64,000 bases of DNA from Hydrolagus affinis (lineage: Eukaryota). Location of the stretch: assembly GCA_012026655.1 (NCBI GenBank), contig JAAILG010000145.1, forward strand, positions 62,001 to 126,000, given 5' to 3'. The translations under genes were made by a program, and so were the position numbers. Below the pieces are notes generated by a model. The model was not told where the DNA came from and searched no databases. It worked only from the letters and a program-made list of their open reading frames with translations. Every line of letters begins with the position of its first letter. The stretch's first letter is position 1. This document shows positions 50,501-61,554 of this stretch, piece after piece.

Positions 50501-53500
50501 ATTGTAATTTACAGCTGGAGGAATAGTTTATTGTCAATGCATTGGACCGACATATAATTTGGGAGCAGGTTAACATTTGGCTGGTCAGAGTGAAAACTAT
50601 ACTTAAAAAAGTATTTTGTAAAATAAATAATAAAATAAAATAAAATAATATTACCCTCAGGAGTAATGAGGACATTTAAAAATGTTTGGTGCACTAACTT
50701 CAAGTGCAACAGAAAAACATCTTATGCAGAATTTTATAATAGAAGGTATAAGGATTATAGTAATACGATGAAAAGAGATCGACAGTCATTCATCAGTTAC
50801 TGACAAGAAGGTAACACCACACTGAGCAGGTTTTATTGCATCACTGCTACTCTTCACATGCATTTTTAGCGCATCATAGCATCTCATGGGTAATCCCGTT
50901 CAAGTGTAGTGTCAGCTTTTCTAAGGGAAGTTTAAAGCGGTTTCTGTACAGTTTGTCATCATGGCAACTTGGCAGCCAAAACCTCTTAAATACAAGATCC
51001 ATTTTTCCAAAGGTGGACCTAACTGTCTCCAGTTAAAAGTATTCCTAAGTTCCAAATTACAAATGTAATCAGACAAAATTGCACTCTATCCACAACAATA
51101 ACATGGGTCTTCACCCAAGTTCTTAATTCAAACTTACTTGTCCTAAAGTAACTTGGTTAACAATATTAAACTCAATGGCAAATACCTGGATGGGATTGAA
51201 AGGCAGCAATTCACACTCAAGAGATAATGTGTTCCTAACAGTAGAGAACAGATCAAGAATAGTTCATTGCTACTCTCTCTCTCTCTCTCACACACACACA
51301 CAGGAGTTGCTGCTCCGTTGGATACGTTTGAATTAAAAGTTTAAAGTTTTCCTATTATACGCTGGTCACATTAGCGTTTTCAATACAAGGTGCAATTTAT
51401 CCAATCAAGAAATCTAGACAAAAATAGAATTTGACAAAGTGCAAAGTAATCAGCAAATGTAGAAACAAACCCCAAGCAGAGAATTCCATTTGAGTGGACT
51501 TTCCCTGGTTTTGTCATGTGTTCGTCAAGGCAACAAACCACATTTGCAATTCTCTTGGCCTCCACGGTAACAGTACAAGCAACTCCAAAGAATTGTGAAA
51601 ATTCAGCCAAGATCCCCAACTTCCCCCCTCTAATATCAGTTGAACGCATTTCATTTGAAACCGAGGACTTTGCAATTAGAAATTCGAAACTAGAGGGCAA
51701 TCCGTCTGTCCTCCGGGTCCAACATCATATTTACGATTTTTAACTGATAAACTGATTAAAAAAAAGATAAAACACTTCCCTATACAAAAAAAGAAGGAAT
51801 TTGGTGTTTAACCCAATAAACATCAGAAAAACCACCAGTATAAATGTATTTTTGTTGTTGTTGTCGTAAACACCAGAAATTACTTAAATCCAAGGTAAGG
51901 TTTTCTCTCTCTCTCTCTAGCTCTTGACAACACCCCAGTTTGCCAACTGTTACAGCTTTGCTCTCCGCTGTGTGTGCACAGGGTTATATGGTACAGTTTT
52001 TAAAGAGATACTAGCCTACATGAAGGGTGCCATATAAGTTGTAAGTTGTTGTCTGAGAGGAGGGAGGCGTTGGGCATGTGTTAAGGGCACCTCTCCTCCC
52101 TCTGCGTTTGCAGGCACATCTGGTGAAGCATTTGCGTGTAGACGTTGGGCAGATGCAAGTTCTATTAAAAGCATCTGAATGGAGGGTGGGTCAACGGGAG
52201 GTTATAGTTTAGCTTCCTTCCTCTTCGAGTTGCTGCCCAATACTTGTGTACATGTACTTGTATGACTATTGGTTTGGGCACAAATTAAAATTGGGTGAAA
52301 AATATGCTTTAAAAAAATCTACTTAACGTTGGAAACCTATACAATGGAACCTTTTTGTGCGCCGGTCAGAGTTGGGATGTAGACCCCAACTCTGACCAGC
52401 GCACACAAGCAAACTCCTTCTAACAGAAGTTGTAGCTAAACTCACATGAAACTTGTACTGCACAAAGTGTCAAATCTGAGAAAATGAGTACCGGTATTCT
52501 AAAAAGGAAGTACGCAGAAGTCCTTTGAAGCTACCAGTCTATGAGATGGTCACACAAGTTACATGCATGATTTAAAAACAGCATTGAAACACTGGACGGT
52601 TTATTGCTCTTACCTCATCTAGGACTATGACCAAGGGATATAGGTCTTCTGAGAGGAAATTGAATATACACCAAACCTTGAAGGCATCACCATCACCGAT
52701 CAGCAGATTGTTTCGATTCAGATTCTTCTTGGCACAAAGAGTCCAGCACATCCTATTAAATTCACACTTACTGAAGGTGTTTGGCTGTACCTTTTGGGGA
52801 GGAGGTGAGAGGGGAGAGAGAGAAAAAGGAAAAAAAAGGAAGAAAATTAATAGGAGCAGTTAGCAGGGATTGGGGGTGGGTGGGGGGAGAGAGGCAGAAA
52901 GCAAGGTAGCAATTTCTGTCATTCCTCAAAAATGACAATTCCCCAAACTATTGCATCTCTGGTTCAGGATTTAGTTTGCTATCAACTATAAACCTACATC
53001 ACCAAAGAAATTGTAGCCATTTTCATGTAATTGCATCCTACTCAAAAGTTACATATGTATCTCGTTCTCTGGGGAAAAGAAGATCAGGTAGAATAACAGT
53101 TCTCCTTATTTCATTAAGATTCACACCAACATTGTGTTCAAGAAGATCCTCTTTAAACCGCTCCCACCGCCAGCTCGGGATTCAGGCCACCAGTGTTACG
53201 CACTTCCAGACGTCCTCCCAATGTCAAGGCACTTTTAATGTAAATTCTATCATGTAGAATGATACGGGATGTAAACAGGGTGTTCAGCCCAACTCGCCCT
53301 GCCTGTATTTGTACTCCATTCAAGCCTCCAACCCTTTGATTTGCATCTATTTCCTTCTCCCTCAGATGCGCACCAAATTGTTTCTTGAATACACTGATAC
53401 TTTTTGCTTCAACCATAACTTCCAGCTACAAGTTCCACATTCTCATCGCCTTCTGTGTGAAGAGATTCCGCCTATGTTCCGTATTATATTTATGATACAA

Positions 53501-56500
53501 GCTAATATTAAATGCCTCTCATTCTGGACTCACCACAAGTGGAACCGGCCTGACAATATACACCCATCAATCATTTCTAAAACCCTTTTATCAGGTCTCT
53601 TCTGAATATTCTCAACCCGAGAGAAAAGTTCCAACAGTTTGACCAACACCTTACGATCCTGTCCCAAAATAATGGTACCTCAATTTTCTTGTTCAAACTG
53701 TATCCTCTGTTTCACAGATAAATAATACCATGGCAAATGGCTAACGTTTCTTCACAGTCTCCCCATCAACAGCTGTGCTCCACTTCCTTTGCAACCAGTT
53801 ATCACTCCAACCCCAAAGATGATTCAACTAACATGGAAACTGGCTCTAAGGAGAAGTGCTCAAGGAGATGGTCGGTGTGGGCTAGAATTCACATTCGTAT
53901 AACAATCCATTAGTCACAGTTCTCCGGATTTGAGGGGAAAAGAAAGAAAGGTTTTCCTCCTCCCCTCTTACTCACAAGTGAAAAATATCTGGATAACAAT
54001 TAAGAGGACTGTGCAACTTTACTTTCCTGGCAATGTTCACTCTACACATTTTTATTCCAGCCACCTTATTCTTTCATTACTCGTCTGTGTCCTGACTACA
54101 AGAATATTTCTCTGTGTGTTTTTGTATGCTTCAGGAAGCACATATTTCCCCTTCTACCACACACCCAGCTGAAACTGTAAATCTGGGCTTTCCTCCACAA
54201 TTGCCCTGACTGAACAATGAATGTCTTGTTAAAAGGGCAAGAGGTTAATTTCAGCTTTAGATAAACAAGTCATTTGCATTTTGCTCTAATAAAGTATTAA
54301 TAGCAATCCAACTTGCAAAAGTCACAATACACAAACTATTTAAACAAAATTGTGAAAAATATATATATATACACATATTTATTAACATTGCTCTTGCAGA
54401 ACAGCAACGTTTGCATGCTGCGGTGGACAGCCTTTAAGAATTTATTGCAACTGGAATTTCACTGGGTTTCAGAAGTAGACATAGTGCTCCCAACATCCGT
54501 GCATGTCATGCCTTTCTGCTTATCAACATGACTGGAGTACAAACAGTTCAATGGGCACTTTAGTTTTTCCACTTCAAAGTAATTTCTCAGTTTTATTAAA
54601 GGTAATTTCCAGTCACTAAATAGTTTTTTTTGTGGGGGTAATACACACATAATAAGAATATACTAAGCGACTAGGAACAAAAGAATTTGAACAATAACAC
54701 AACAAAATTACACTTGTGTAAATTTTTTAAACAATAAATGTAGTACTGCAGATAGGGTCAGACACAGTCTAATAAAAACAGAAGGAAGAGATACCTTGTC
54801 CAAGATAAATTTGTTCAAATAGGGCATGTATCCCTGGTTAGAAACTGGACCTTCATCATCATCCTTAAAGTGATTCTCCAAAGCCACTGGATTATGAGGG
54901 ACTTGCAATACTGTGCAAAGGCTGTGAGAGAGAACCTGTTTAAATAAAGACATGTTAGTTAGTGAGTTTAGGAACTCAAGGTGCTGCAATCACACCATAG
55001 ACATTTACATCATGCTTTCTTTACAGACCGGGACATTTCAAACACTTTATACAGACGTTATAATAATAATATAATAATAATCCTTGCATTTTGATATAGC
55101 AGCGCTTTTCACGTCTTCTAGACATCTCAAAGCGCTTCACAGAGTATACTGAAAAGTGAATTCACTATATTTTTGGGCTAAACGCAGCAGCCAATTGCAC
55201 ACAGCAGTGTCCCACAAACAGTCGTGGATTGAAATGACCAATTTATTATAGGTGTTTTTTGGACGAATTATTATTAGGATTGTGGAGTAAGGAAACTTGC
55301 CCTAGGTTTCGCCCTGACCTGCCTGGATTCGAAACACAGGTCTCACATTTGTAAGGCAAGTGCTCCAACCACTGAGCTGCAAGACTCCACAACCACTGAG
55401 CTACAGGGAAAAATGCCTGAAAGCGAAGTCAAAGAAGCAACTCGTGAGGCCAGCTTTAGAAGTGGGGAAGGAGAGCACAAGTCGGAGCTATTCGAGAACA
55501 AAGTTCCAGAGAACAGGAGCAGTATAAATGAAGACTCGATGGGGGCAGATTGCCCAGGGTACATGAAGCAAGCTGGTGTTTGCTGACTGGCAGAAGGGTT
55601 TGAGTCAGTGGGAGTGAAGAAAGGCTATGGAGGGATATGGACGTGAGGAATGAGGATCTTGAATTTGCTGAGGGACTGGGAGTTAGAAGGGCAAAGCGAG
55701 GCTGGGGGTCATAAGCTCGGGGAGCCTGGTGCTGGAGAGAACAGAGGCTTCCGAGTTGCGGACACTCTAGAACTTGAGCAGAGAGGAGCTGAGGAGTTGA
55801 TCTACTGTGTATTTGTATAAAATAGATACTGAAAGAAACTACAAGTCCTCACCTTCGCTGGTCTTTCTCCAGTACTAAAATTGCACAAAATACATTTGTG
55901 CAATTTCAGTAACATACAAACTTTGGTTCTAACCTACTTCACTGCTTATTATGGAAGCTGCAATAATACAGATAATCCTCAAAACGTTTCAAAGGGGCTT
56001 CACTCAATATACTACGTAGTGAATTGACTGTATATTTTGTGGGCTAAACACGGCAGCCTGTTTTGTGGGCTAAACACGGCAGCGCACAGCAATGTTCCAC
56101 AAACATTCATCATCCCTTGATCTCTCCCCTTTGCTTTACACTGAATAATATACCCAATTCTTTATAAACTCTTCCATTTATACATAGGATGAACTATGCA
56201 ATAACAAAAACCACAAAATGTTCGGTCTATAGACTGATGTAACAGCAGGTGCATGTGGCACAGTTCGTATCGACGACCGTTAACAACCTTTGACTCAGCC
56301 ACAAGCTCAACTGATGTCTTGCTCAGAACGGGACAACTGTCAGAAATATTGCAACACCCTGCAATGCAGTTCCCTTCACAGTGAGCCCTTTATTCCAATC
56401 TTGCAATATAAGCCAATTACCAAATAGGAGAATAGTCACTTCTGGAGGTGTTGGGATGGACGGAACTATGGACCAATGAGCCTTCTTATACTATACACTT

Positions 56501-59500
56501 GCTTTATTGATAATGAGATATCCTTGCTAAATGCTCATTATTATTCCCTCCCCACCAACCCCTTCATTTTGTATTCTGGCTAAAGCTAGAAGGAAACTGT
56601 TACTTTTTTTTAAAACCAAGGACCTAAAAAAAGAAAGCCTTCAAAATAGGCAAGACTAGCAAAATCCCTAAATTGTTTAGCAAAATGCAGTGTAGCGACC
56701 AGATGTGTGTGGATTCATGTGGACAAAAGACAGCTACATTAGAGATAAAAAGAGGCAAAGCGGAAGCAGCAAGTGTTGCAGAGAAACAAAGACAACAATA
56801 ATACTCTAGATTGGATTTTCAGATGGGCTTTTCACAAGGCTTTTATCCAATCCAGTGGCAATGTTTTATTGGAATGATTACATTTTAGTACAACTCCAAA
56901 TATTTCTCTAATATCTATACACCGTGAGGTTCTCATTTGCAAGACAAAATTGCTAATGAAAACAATGCAAATTCACTAAATTGTTCAAGTGCATTTCACC
57001 CACAAAACAGTCAATTTATTTTACGGTATATTCTATGAAGACCATTGAGATGTCTCGAAGACATGATATGACGCTATATCAAATTCAAGTATTATTATTG
57101 ATCAAGGTCATTAATCTGTCAAAAATCCCAAATTAAGTAACAGTGCTCAGCATTATTCTTATTAGGTACCTTTTATTGCTCAGTTAACTTGTACCAACTG
57201 TGTACAGTACTTTAAACTTGTATCATTTAGTGTTGGGACGTCCTCCTGACGTAAAAAGCGCTATAGAAATGTAATTTTGATGTTGTTGACTCCGGAGTAT
57301 AATGTTAACCCTGGATGTAAACCTGCCATGATTTACAAGAATATCACTACATTAGAGAAATGAGAGGGGAAGAGTAAACTTATTGATACTTAGTTACCTA
57401 CAAATAACATTAGGTATTCAGAGAAGCAGGAAAACGCCCAAGGTCTCCAATCCTGACCTCCGCCCCAAACCCTGCATGGAGGGTGTTAAGTTGTCAGATA
57501 AGGACAAAGTCAAGTCTAGTAGCTTAATTGCCTAGGCAGACATATTAATTTTGTTGTTTATTTATTCTGCTTGTTTAAGAGTCAAAATACTATCACAAGG
57601 ACTTTTACCAGAGCCCATAATTTCTGTGCGAGATTAATATTTTGAACTGTATTAAATCTAGACTTCCAAAGACATGCAACAACAACTACAACTTGCATTT
57701 TATATAGCATCCCTCATGCAGGTTAGTATTCTAGTCTAGACTGCTTGACAATATTTTTGTGGAATTGTGGTGTCACCCAGAGTGATACAAGAAATCATTA
57801 ACCCAGAGGGATTTTACAATGGTGCCCTTCAGCACCCAACAAACTACAGTACAGACACTTCTTCGATCCAGCTTCCCTGATGAGCTAGCTAAACAACTAG
57901 CAAGAAGGAAACATTAGCTTCCGAGTTCCATCCACCCTACAAACAGCAGCTGAACCTTCAGCCACTATACTATGCCCCTTCCCTCCAGCAGTCCCTCCCT
58001 AAATCCCTCCACCTCACCTCCTCTCCATCTCTAAAAGCCCCCTGAAAACCTCTCTCTTCAACTGCGTTCACAGCCACCTTCCTCCTCCATCCCGTTCATC
58101 ATCGGTATCCAGCACAACCAATACAAAATGTTTTGAGGCCTTACCCTGTTGTGAAAAGCGCAACAAATGTCCACAGATTGAAGTTGTTTGTATTGTTCCA
58201 CAAACCCACCCATCCTCCCCACCCCCACTCCCACCTGGGAGTTGGTGGGCTTCATTTATTAAACAAGTTGAATGAAAGCGTTTTTAAATGATGGTGACAG
58301 ACAGTGGAACATAAGCTACCTCCTGGTTAACAGAGAAGTTCTCTCGATGCGAAAGGCACTGTAGAAAATTGTATTGTATTGGCACAGGATGAAAAAATGA
58401 GTAGAAATTAATGGAAATGCGCACGAGATTAATCCACGAGCCAAATAATAATACTTGCATTTGATATAGCGCTTTTCGCGTCTTCTAGACTTCTCAAAGC
58501 GCTTCATAGAATATACTGTAAAGTGAAGTGACTGTATATAAGTGGTTAAACTCTGATCGGTCTAAGCCCTGCAAGCCATGGCACCATGTGAAGGGCACTA
58601 TATAAATGCAAGTTGTTGTTATTGCTGTTGTTTCAAAAGCAGATTGACCCCATTCCAATTTCCCACCGTTTATTTATTACCTTTTGAATTTCAAATTCCA
58701 CACATTCTTCTCCCCACCCCCTCCCCCCCACCCCCTCCCACCTCGCCCTCTTTCTCTCTAATTTGGAGCCTTAAAACAGTTCAAAGCACAGAATAAACAC
58801 CTGAACCTTCCACACACACACTCACTCACTCACTGACTCAAGTTGACGCATCTTTTCCATTGCCACAACATGGTGCAAATACTGTGCCAAAAAAATCAAA
58901 CCTAATAAAAACAGGCAACCAACTAACTAACTAGCTAACCAGCCAACCAACTAACTAACCAGCCAACCAACTAACTAACTACTCCACAGAAACAAAGGTG
59001 AAGCAGCGATTGCGCTTTGCAACCAACTCAGCAACAAAACACTGATTTGGTTTAGATTTTACTCGTCGCCTGGGCAAATTGGGATTAAATGGCATGTTGT
59101 ACTATACAGCCGCCTTCACACGGGGAGGGTGTGTGGGGGGGGAGTGTCTGGGGAAAGCTTTAAAGAGAACTCGGAAGTTTTTCCCACCTCCAAAAAAAAC
59201 ACTTTTAGTTTCAACTCCTCACGGCTTTTCAACAAGTTCCCACTGGTTGTTGTTTTATTGAGGGGAATGGGGGGGTGGGGGGGGGGGAAGAGACAGGACG
59301 GTGAGGGAGGGGGGGGGAGACAGGACGGGGGGGGGAGACAGGACAGGGGAGCAGTCAGTCATTTGGGTGTGAAAAGGAATACTTGGTGACCATCCCACTC
59401 AAGCAAACCACTGGCTCAATAGGAGACCGATTGCAAGAGTTCACCGCCCCAGCAGGAGAGATCACTTGTATATAATACACACACATATATATAAAGAGAC

Positions 59501-59625
59501 TGTGACAGCAACAGCAAAGACAGACTCACCTTTAGCTGAGATTTGGAGACTTTGCCACATTTATCCACGTCCAGAGCAGAGAATGCGTGCCAGATAGATT
59601 TCAGGAGCTCCTCTCTCAGCCCCAT
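32439..59625 (-). CDS. SWAP70: SWAP70 (switch-associated protein 70; EF-hand-like N-terminus, PH domain, coiled coil), full spliced CDS span, 12 exons, 587 aa
   Basis: Twelve exons with GT-AG sites sum to 1764 nt in one open frame. The translation matches recalled human SWAP70 end to end ([65 protein letters not shown]). The C-terminal half is SWAP70-like, not DEF6-like. Confidence 0.97.
32620..33050 (-). mobile_element. Older DeuSINE-type copy in SWAP70 intron 11
   Basis: Diverged tail, core and tRNA-like head. Confidence 0.6.
33284..33380 (-). CDS. SWAP70: SWAP70 exon 11 ([32 protein letters not shown])
   Basis: Acceptor gaacag|GAA; donor G|GTAGGA; 97 nt. Confidence 0.96.
33590..33880 (+). 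mobile_element. CR1-type LINE 3' fragment
   Basis: Reads like [15 protein letters not shown]...FKNKL, then a CR1-like 3' end with ttcttatgttctt. Confidence 0.75.
34028..34226 (-). CDS. SWAP70: SWAP70 exon 10 ([13 protein letters not shown]...VLEQYD)
   Basis: Acceptor cttctccag|G; donor GAT|GTAAGA; 199 nt. Confidence 0.96.
34953..35119 (-). CDS. SWAP70: SWAP70 exon 9 ([13 protein letters not shown]...IRKLQAR)
   Basis: Acceptor tctctag|GTT; donor AG|GTAATT; 167 nt, ends phase 2. Confidence 0.96.
35260..35556 (-). mobile_element. DeuSINE-type SINE, extra-segment subfamily, in intron 8
   Basis: Tail, core and extra segment; head truncated. Confidence 0.8.
37018..37125 (-). CDS. SWAP70: SWAP70 exon 8 ([18 protein letters not shown]...ELEKEKL)
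   Basis: Acceptor tttgcgtag|GAG; donor TTG|GTAAAT; 108 nt. Confidence 0.95.
37165..37320 (-). mobile_element. SINE 3' fragment
   Basis: Tail and core, about 40 nt upstream of the exon 8 acceptor. Confidence 0.75.
37623..37915. mobile_element. Non-autonomous hAT (Charlie-like) DNA transposon / MITE, 293 bp
   Basis: Perfect 17-bp TIRs CAGTGGTTCCCAACCTT / AAGGTTGGGAACCACTG. 8-bp TSD GATTAGAC / GATTAGGC (7 of 8 match, central TA as in Charlie elements). Confidence 0.9.
38232..38790 (-). mobile_element. L2 LINE 3' fragment
   Basis: [24 protein letters not shown]...[22 protein letters not shown]; same family as 15205-15691. Confidence 0.9.
40108..40300 (+). mobile_element. SINE with internal deletion
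   Basis: Partial head joined almost directly to the tail and (TTA)n. Confidence 0.75.
41540..41730 (-). mobile_element. SINE 3' half
   Basis: (TAA)n tail and Deu core. Confidence 0.8.
41927..42108 (-). CDS. SWAP70: SWAP70 exon 7 (GIQTAINLV...ELEKMRM)
   Basis: Acceptor gaatag|GC; donor ATG|GTGAGT; 182 nt. Confidence 0.95.
43024..43132 (-). CDS. SWAP70: SWAP70 exon 6 ([36 protein letters not shown])
   Basis: Acceptor ctttttag|TCC; donor G|GTAAGG; 109 nt, ends phase 1. Confidence 0.96.
44215..44521 (-). mobile_element. Full-length DeuSINE-type SINE
   Basis: Tail, core, B-box (gaatcgaaccc on +) and head ending ggactcc. Confidence 0.9.
44524..44687. repeat. Degenerate (GT)/(CT) microsatellite
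   Basis: Directly visible in sequence. Confidence 0.9.
45039..45185 (-). CDS. SWAP70: SWAP70 exon 5, start of PH domain ([22 protein letters not shown]...NCYVE)
   Basis: Acceptor gggcag|GGT; donor GAG|GTAAAC; 147 nt; PH beta1-beta2 basic motif. Confidence 0.97.
46716..46812. repeat. Tandem repeat, about 2.8 copies of a 34-35 bp unit
   Basis: Unit ctggtttaatcagtcagatttcct(g/a)atta(a)agtga. Confidence 0.95.
47023..47299 (-). mobile_element. Near full-length DeuSINE-type SINE
   Basis: Tail, core and tRNA-like head. Confidence 0.88.
48525..48752 (-). CDS. SWAP70: SWAP70 exon 4 ([13 protein letters not shown]...ELILDVMKQ)
   Basis: Acceptor ctccag|ATC; donor CAG|GTGAGA; 228 nt. Confidence 0.96.
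48843..49050 (-). mobile_element. SINE 3' part, CpG-retaining
   Basis: Close match to the other copies. Confidence 0.85.
50205..50345 (+). mobile_element. SINE 3' part
   Basis: Core and tail. Confidence 0.8.
52614..52790 (-). CDS. SWAP70: SWAP70 exon 3 ([19 protein letters not shown]...YPLVIVLDE)
   Basis: Acceptor ccccaaaag|GTA; donor GAG|GTAAGA; 177 nt. Not in the supplied ORF track; translated by hand. Confidence 0.94.
53228..53640 (-). mobile_element. CR1-type LINE 3' fragment
   Basis: Minus strand reads like FFTQ...[19 protein letters not shown], then a CR1-like tail. Confidence 0.75.
54795..54935 (-). CDS. SWAP70: SWAP70 exon 2 (VLSHSLC...YLNKFILDK)
   Basis: Acceptor aaacag|GTT; donor AAG|GTATCT; 141 nt. 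Confidence 0.96.
55060..55407 (-). mobile_element. Full-length DeuSINE-type SINE with a duplicated 5' end
   Basis: Complete copy; aaccactgagct(g/a)ca occurs twice at the head. Confidence 0.9.
55420..55800 (-). mobile_element. Degenerate L2 LINE fragment
   Basis: Purine-rich on +, with an F.FKILI-like motif and LWN.L remnant on the minus strand. Confidence 0.55.
58915..58982. repeat. (AACT/AACC/AGCC)n tetranucleotide microsatellite
   Basis: Directly visible in sequence. Confidence 0.9.
59530..59625 (-). CDS. SWAP70: SWAP70 coding exon 1 ([32 protein letters not shown])
   Basis: ATG at 59625; donor AAG|GTGAGT; 96 nt, phase 0. Confidence 0.96.
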
Positions 59626-59900
59626 TGTGTTGTTCTCCAGCCTGGTTGACTAGTTGTCTGTCTGTGTGTGTTGTATGTGTCGAAAAAGGCAACCTTTTTT
59701 TTTCAAGCCTCCAAACCCGCCTCTTCCGCACGTCAGGCAGAGAGAGGCACCTCAACTCAACTTCTCCAGGAATAACTCCGCCCTCGGTAATGGTCCATTC
59801 ACACACAGACACACATCTACTGTAGACACTCTCACACACACACAGGGCACCCAGCCAGCGAGCCATACTCAGGAAATCAGTGCAGTCCTTGTGTGGTTTA
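59626..59900 (-). promoter_or_regulatory. SWAP70: SWAP70 5' UTR / proximal promoter
   Basis: Directly upstream of the ATG with locally raised CpG. Minus strand reads TGACGTGCGGAAGAGGCGGG (CRE-like, ETS and GC-box-like motifs, about 59735-59716), with another GGGCGG near 59780. Confidence 0.55.
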
Positions 59901-59978
59901 TTATACTATCAACAAAATCAACCAACATTACATTTGTATGGCACCTTTCACGTCGGGAGGAGTTTCCCAAGGAGCTGA

Positions 59979-60489
59979 AATAATAATCCTTTTGCGTTTG
60001 ATATAGCGCTTTTCACGTCTTCTAGGCGTCTCAAAGCGCGACACAGAATATACTTGTAAAGTGAATTGACTGTATATTTTTGGGCTAAATGCGGCAGCCA
60101 ATTGCGCACAGCAGTGTCCCACACACAGTCCTGGATTGAAATGACAAATTTATTATAGGTGTTTTTTTGGACGGATTATTATTAGGCGTGTGGAGTAAGG
60201 AAACTTGCCCAAGGTTTCGCCCTGACCTGCTTGGATTCGAACACACAGGTCTCAAAGCGCTACATAGAATGTACTGTAAAGAGGATTGACTGCATATTTT
60301 GTGGGCGAAACGCAGGAACCACAATAGCGCACAGCTGATTGAAATGACAAATTTATTATTTTGTGGGGGGGTCGCTTATTATTAGGCGTGTGGAGTAAGG
60401 AAACTTGCCCAAGCTTTCACTTTGCCCGGAATGAAACCCAAGTCTCTCACTTTGTAAGGCCAGTGCTCAAACCAGTGCTACAGGACTCC
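59979..60489 (-). mobile_element. Head-to-tail SINE dimer just upstream of the SWAP70 promoter
   Basis: Copy 1 (about 59979-60253) lacks the 5' half of the head. Copy 2 (about 60250-60489) lacks the tail. Confidence 0.85.
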
Positions 60490-61554
60490 ATTGTGTCAAT
60501 CACTAAACAAACACAATCGGGTCGAGCAGAAAGCAGATTGACACACAGCTAATTTTTGTGCTGAATTAATAAGCGTTAGGGAGCTCTCGACAGAGGGTAA
60601 ACCAACGTGTTACATGTTTGAACTCAAAAAGAGATAAGGTTGTGGGTTATATCAGTTGCTACTACTTTTTCTTATTGTTTTGATGCATAGATTGTGTGTT
60701 GATTAACAAATTCACAGCAATGATACAACGAAAGTTAAACGACCTTCAAATTCAGATTTGCAATCTTTCCTATGTTATCGCAAGTGATTTGTGGAAGTCA
60801 AGTTCAGACTGTCTACGCGTGCAAAACTGAAAGCTTTTTTTTCCCCCTTTGAATTCTAACCAACCACTAACCAATACAGCACAGGAGAAAGAATACAGTA
60901 CAGTACTGACCTGCCCCCAAATGGCTGTTTTATATACAACTGCAGATGGCGCTGAATCTTCATATAAGAAATATTGGAAAGGACTAATTTGTTGGTGTGA
61001 AGACAGAAATTATTTGCAGCATTATTCAGCAAGCTGATCGCTGCTGAGGTTTTCTTTTTAAGTTTGTCTTGAGTAATAAAGAGGTTGTTTAATAAAGCTA
61101 CAATACATTCCCCAACATACAATACTGTCTATCCCAGGGAGGACAGGGAGGGAGGAAACGGAACAGACCAGACCAACAACAAAATTGCATTTGTATAGCA
61201 TCCAAGGTACAGAACAGTAAAATATTGTGGCCAGCCTAGTGAGTACAACATTCCTCTTTTCAGTAGGCTGCAATAAATATACTTTTTAAAAAAAAACACA
61301 CACATCCCTCGAGAAAGCTACTCATCATCCTTCATTATTGATTTCACATGTTAGTTTTTTTTAATAGGAATATCAATTAAGCACTTTAGTCAACCAGGTG
61401 TCTTGGACTCACTATATCATTCGCCTTATGATAAACAGGTTTTGCATACCATATAAAGCAAAAGGTTCATAAATAAATTCCAAAATTAGCAAATAAAAAT
61501 ATTTATGTCTAGATATTTTAATAATAATATTATTTTACTGGTAATGGTGCTTTT

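Noticed and set aside
32439-59625. DEF6 as an alternative gene identity
   Set aside because: The PH domain and C-terminus ([27 protein letters not shown]) are diagnostic of SWAP70.
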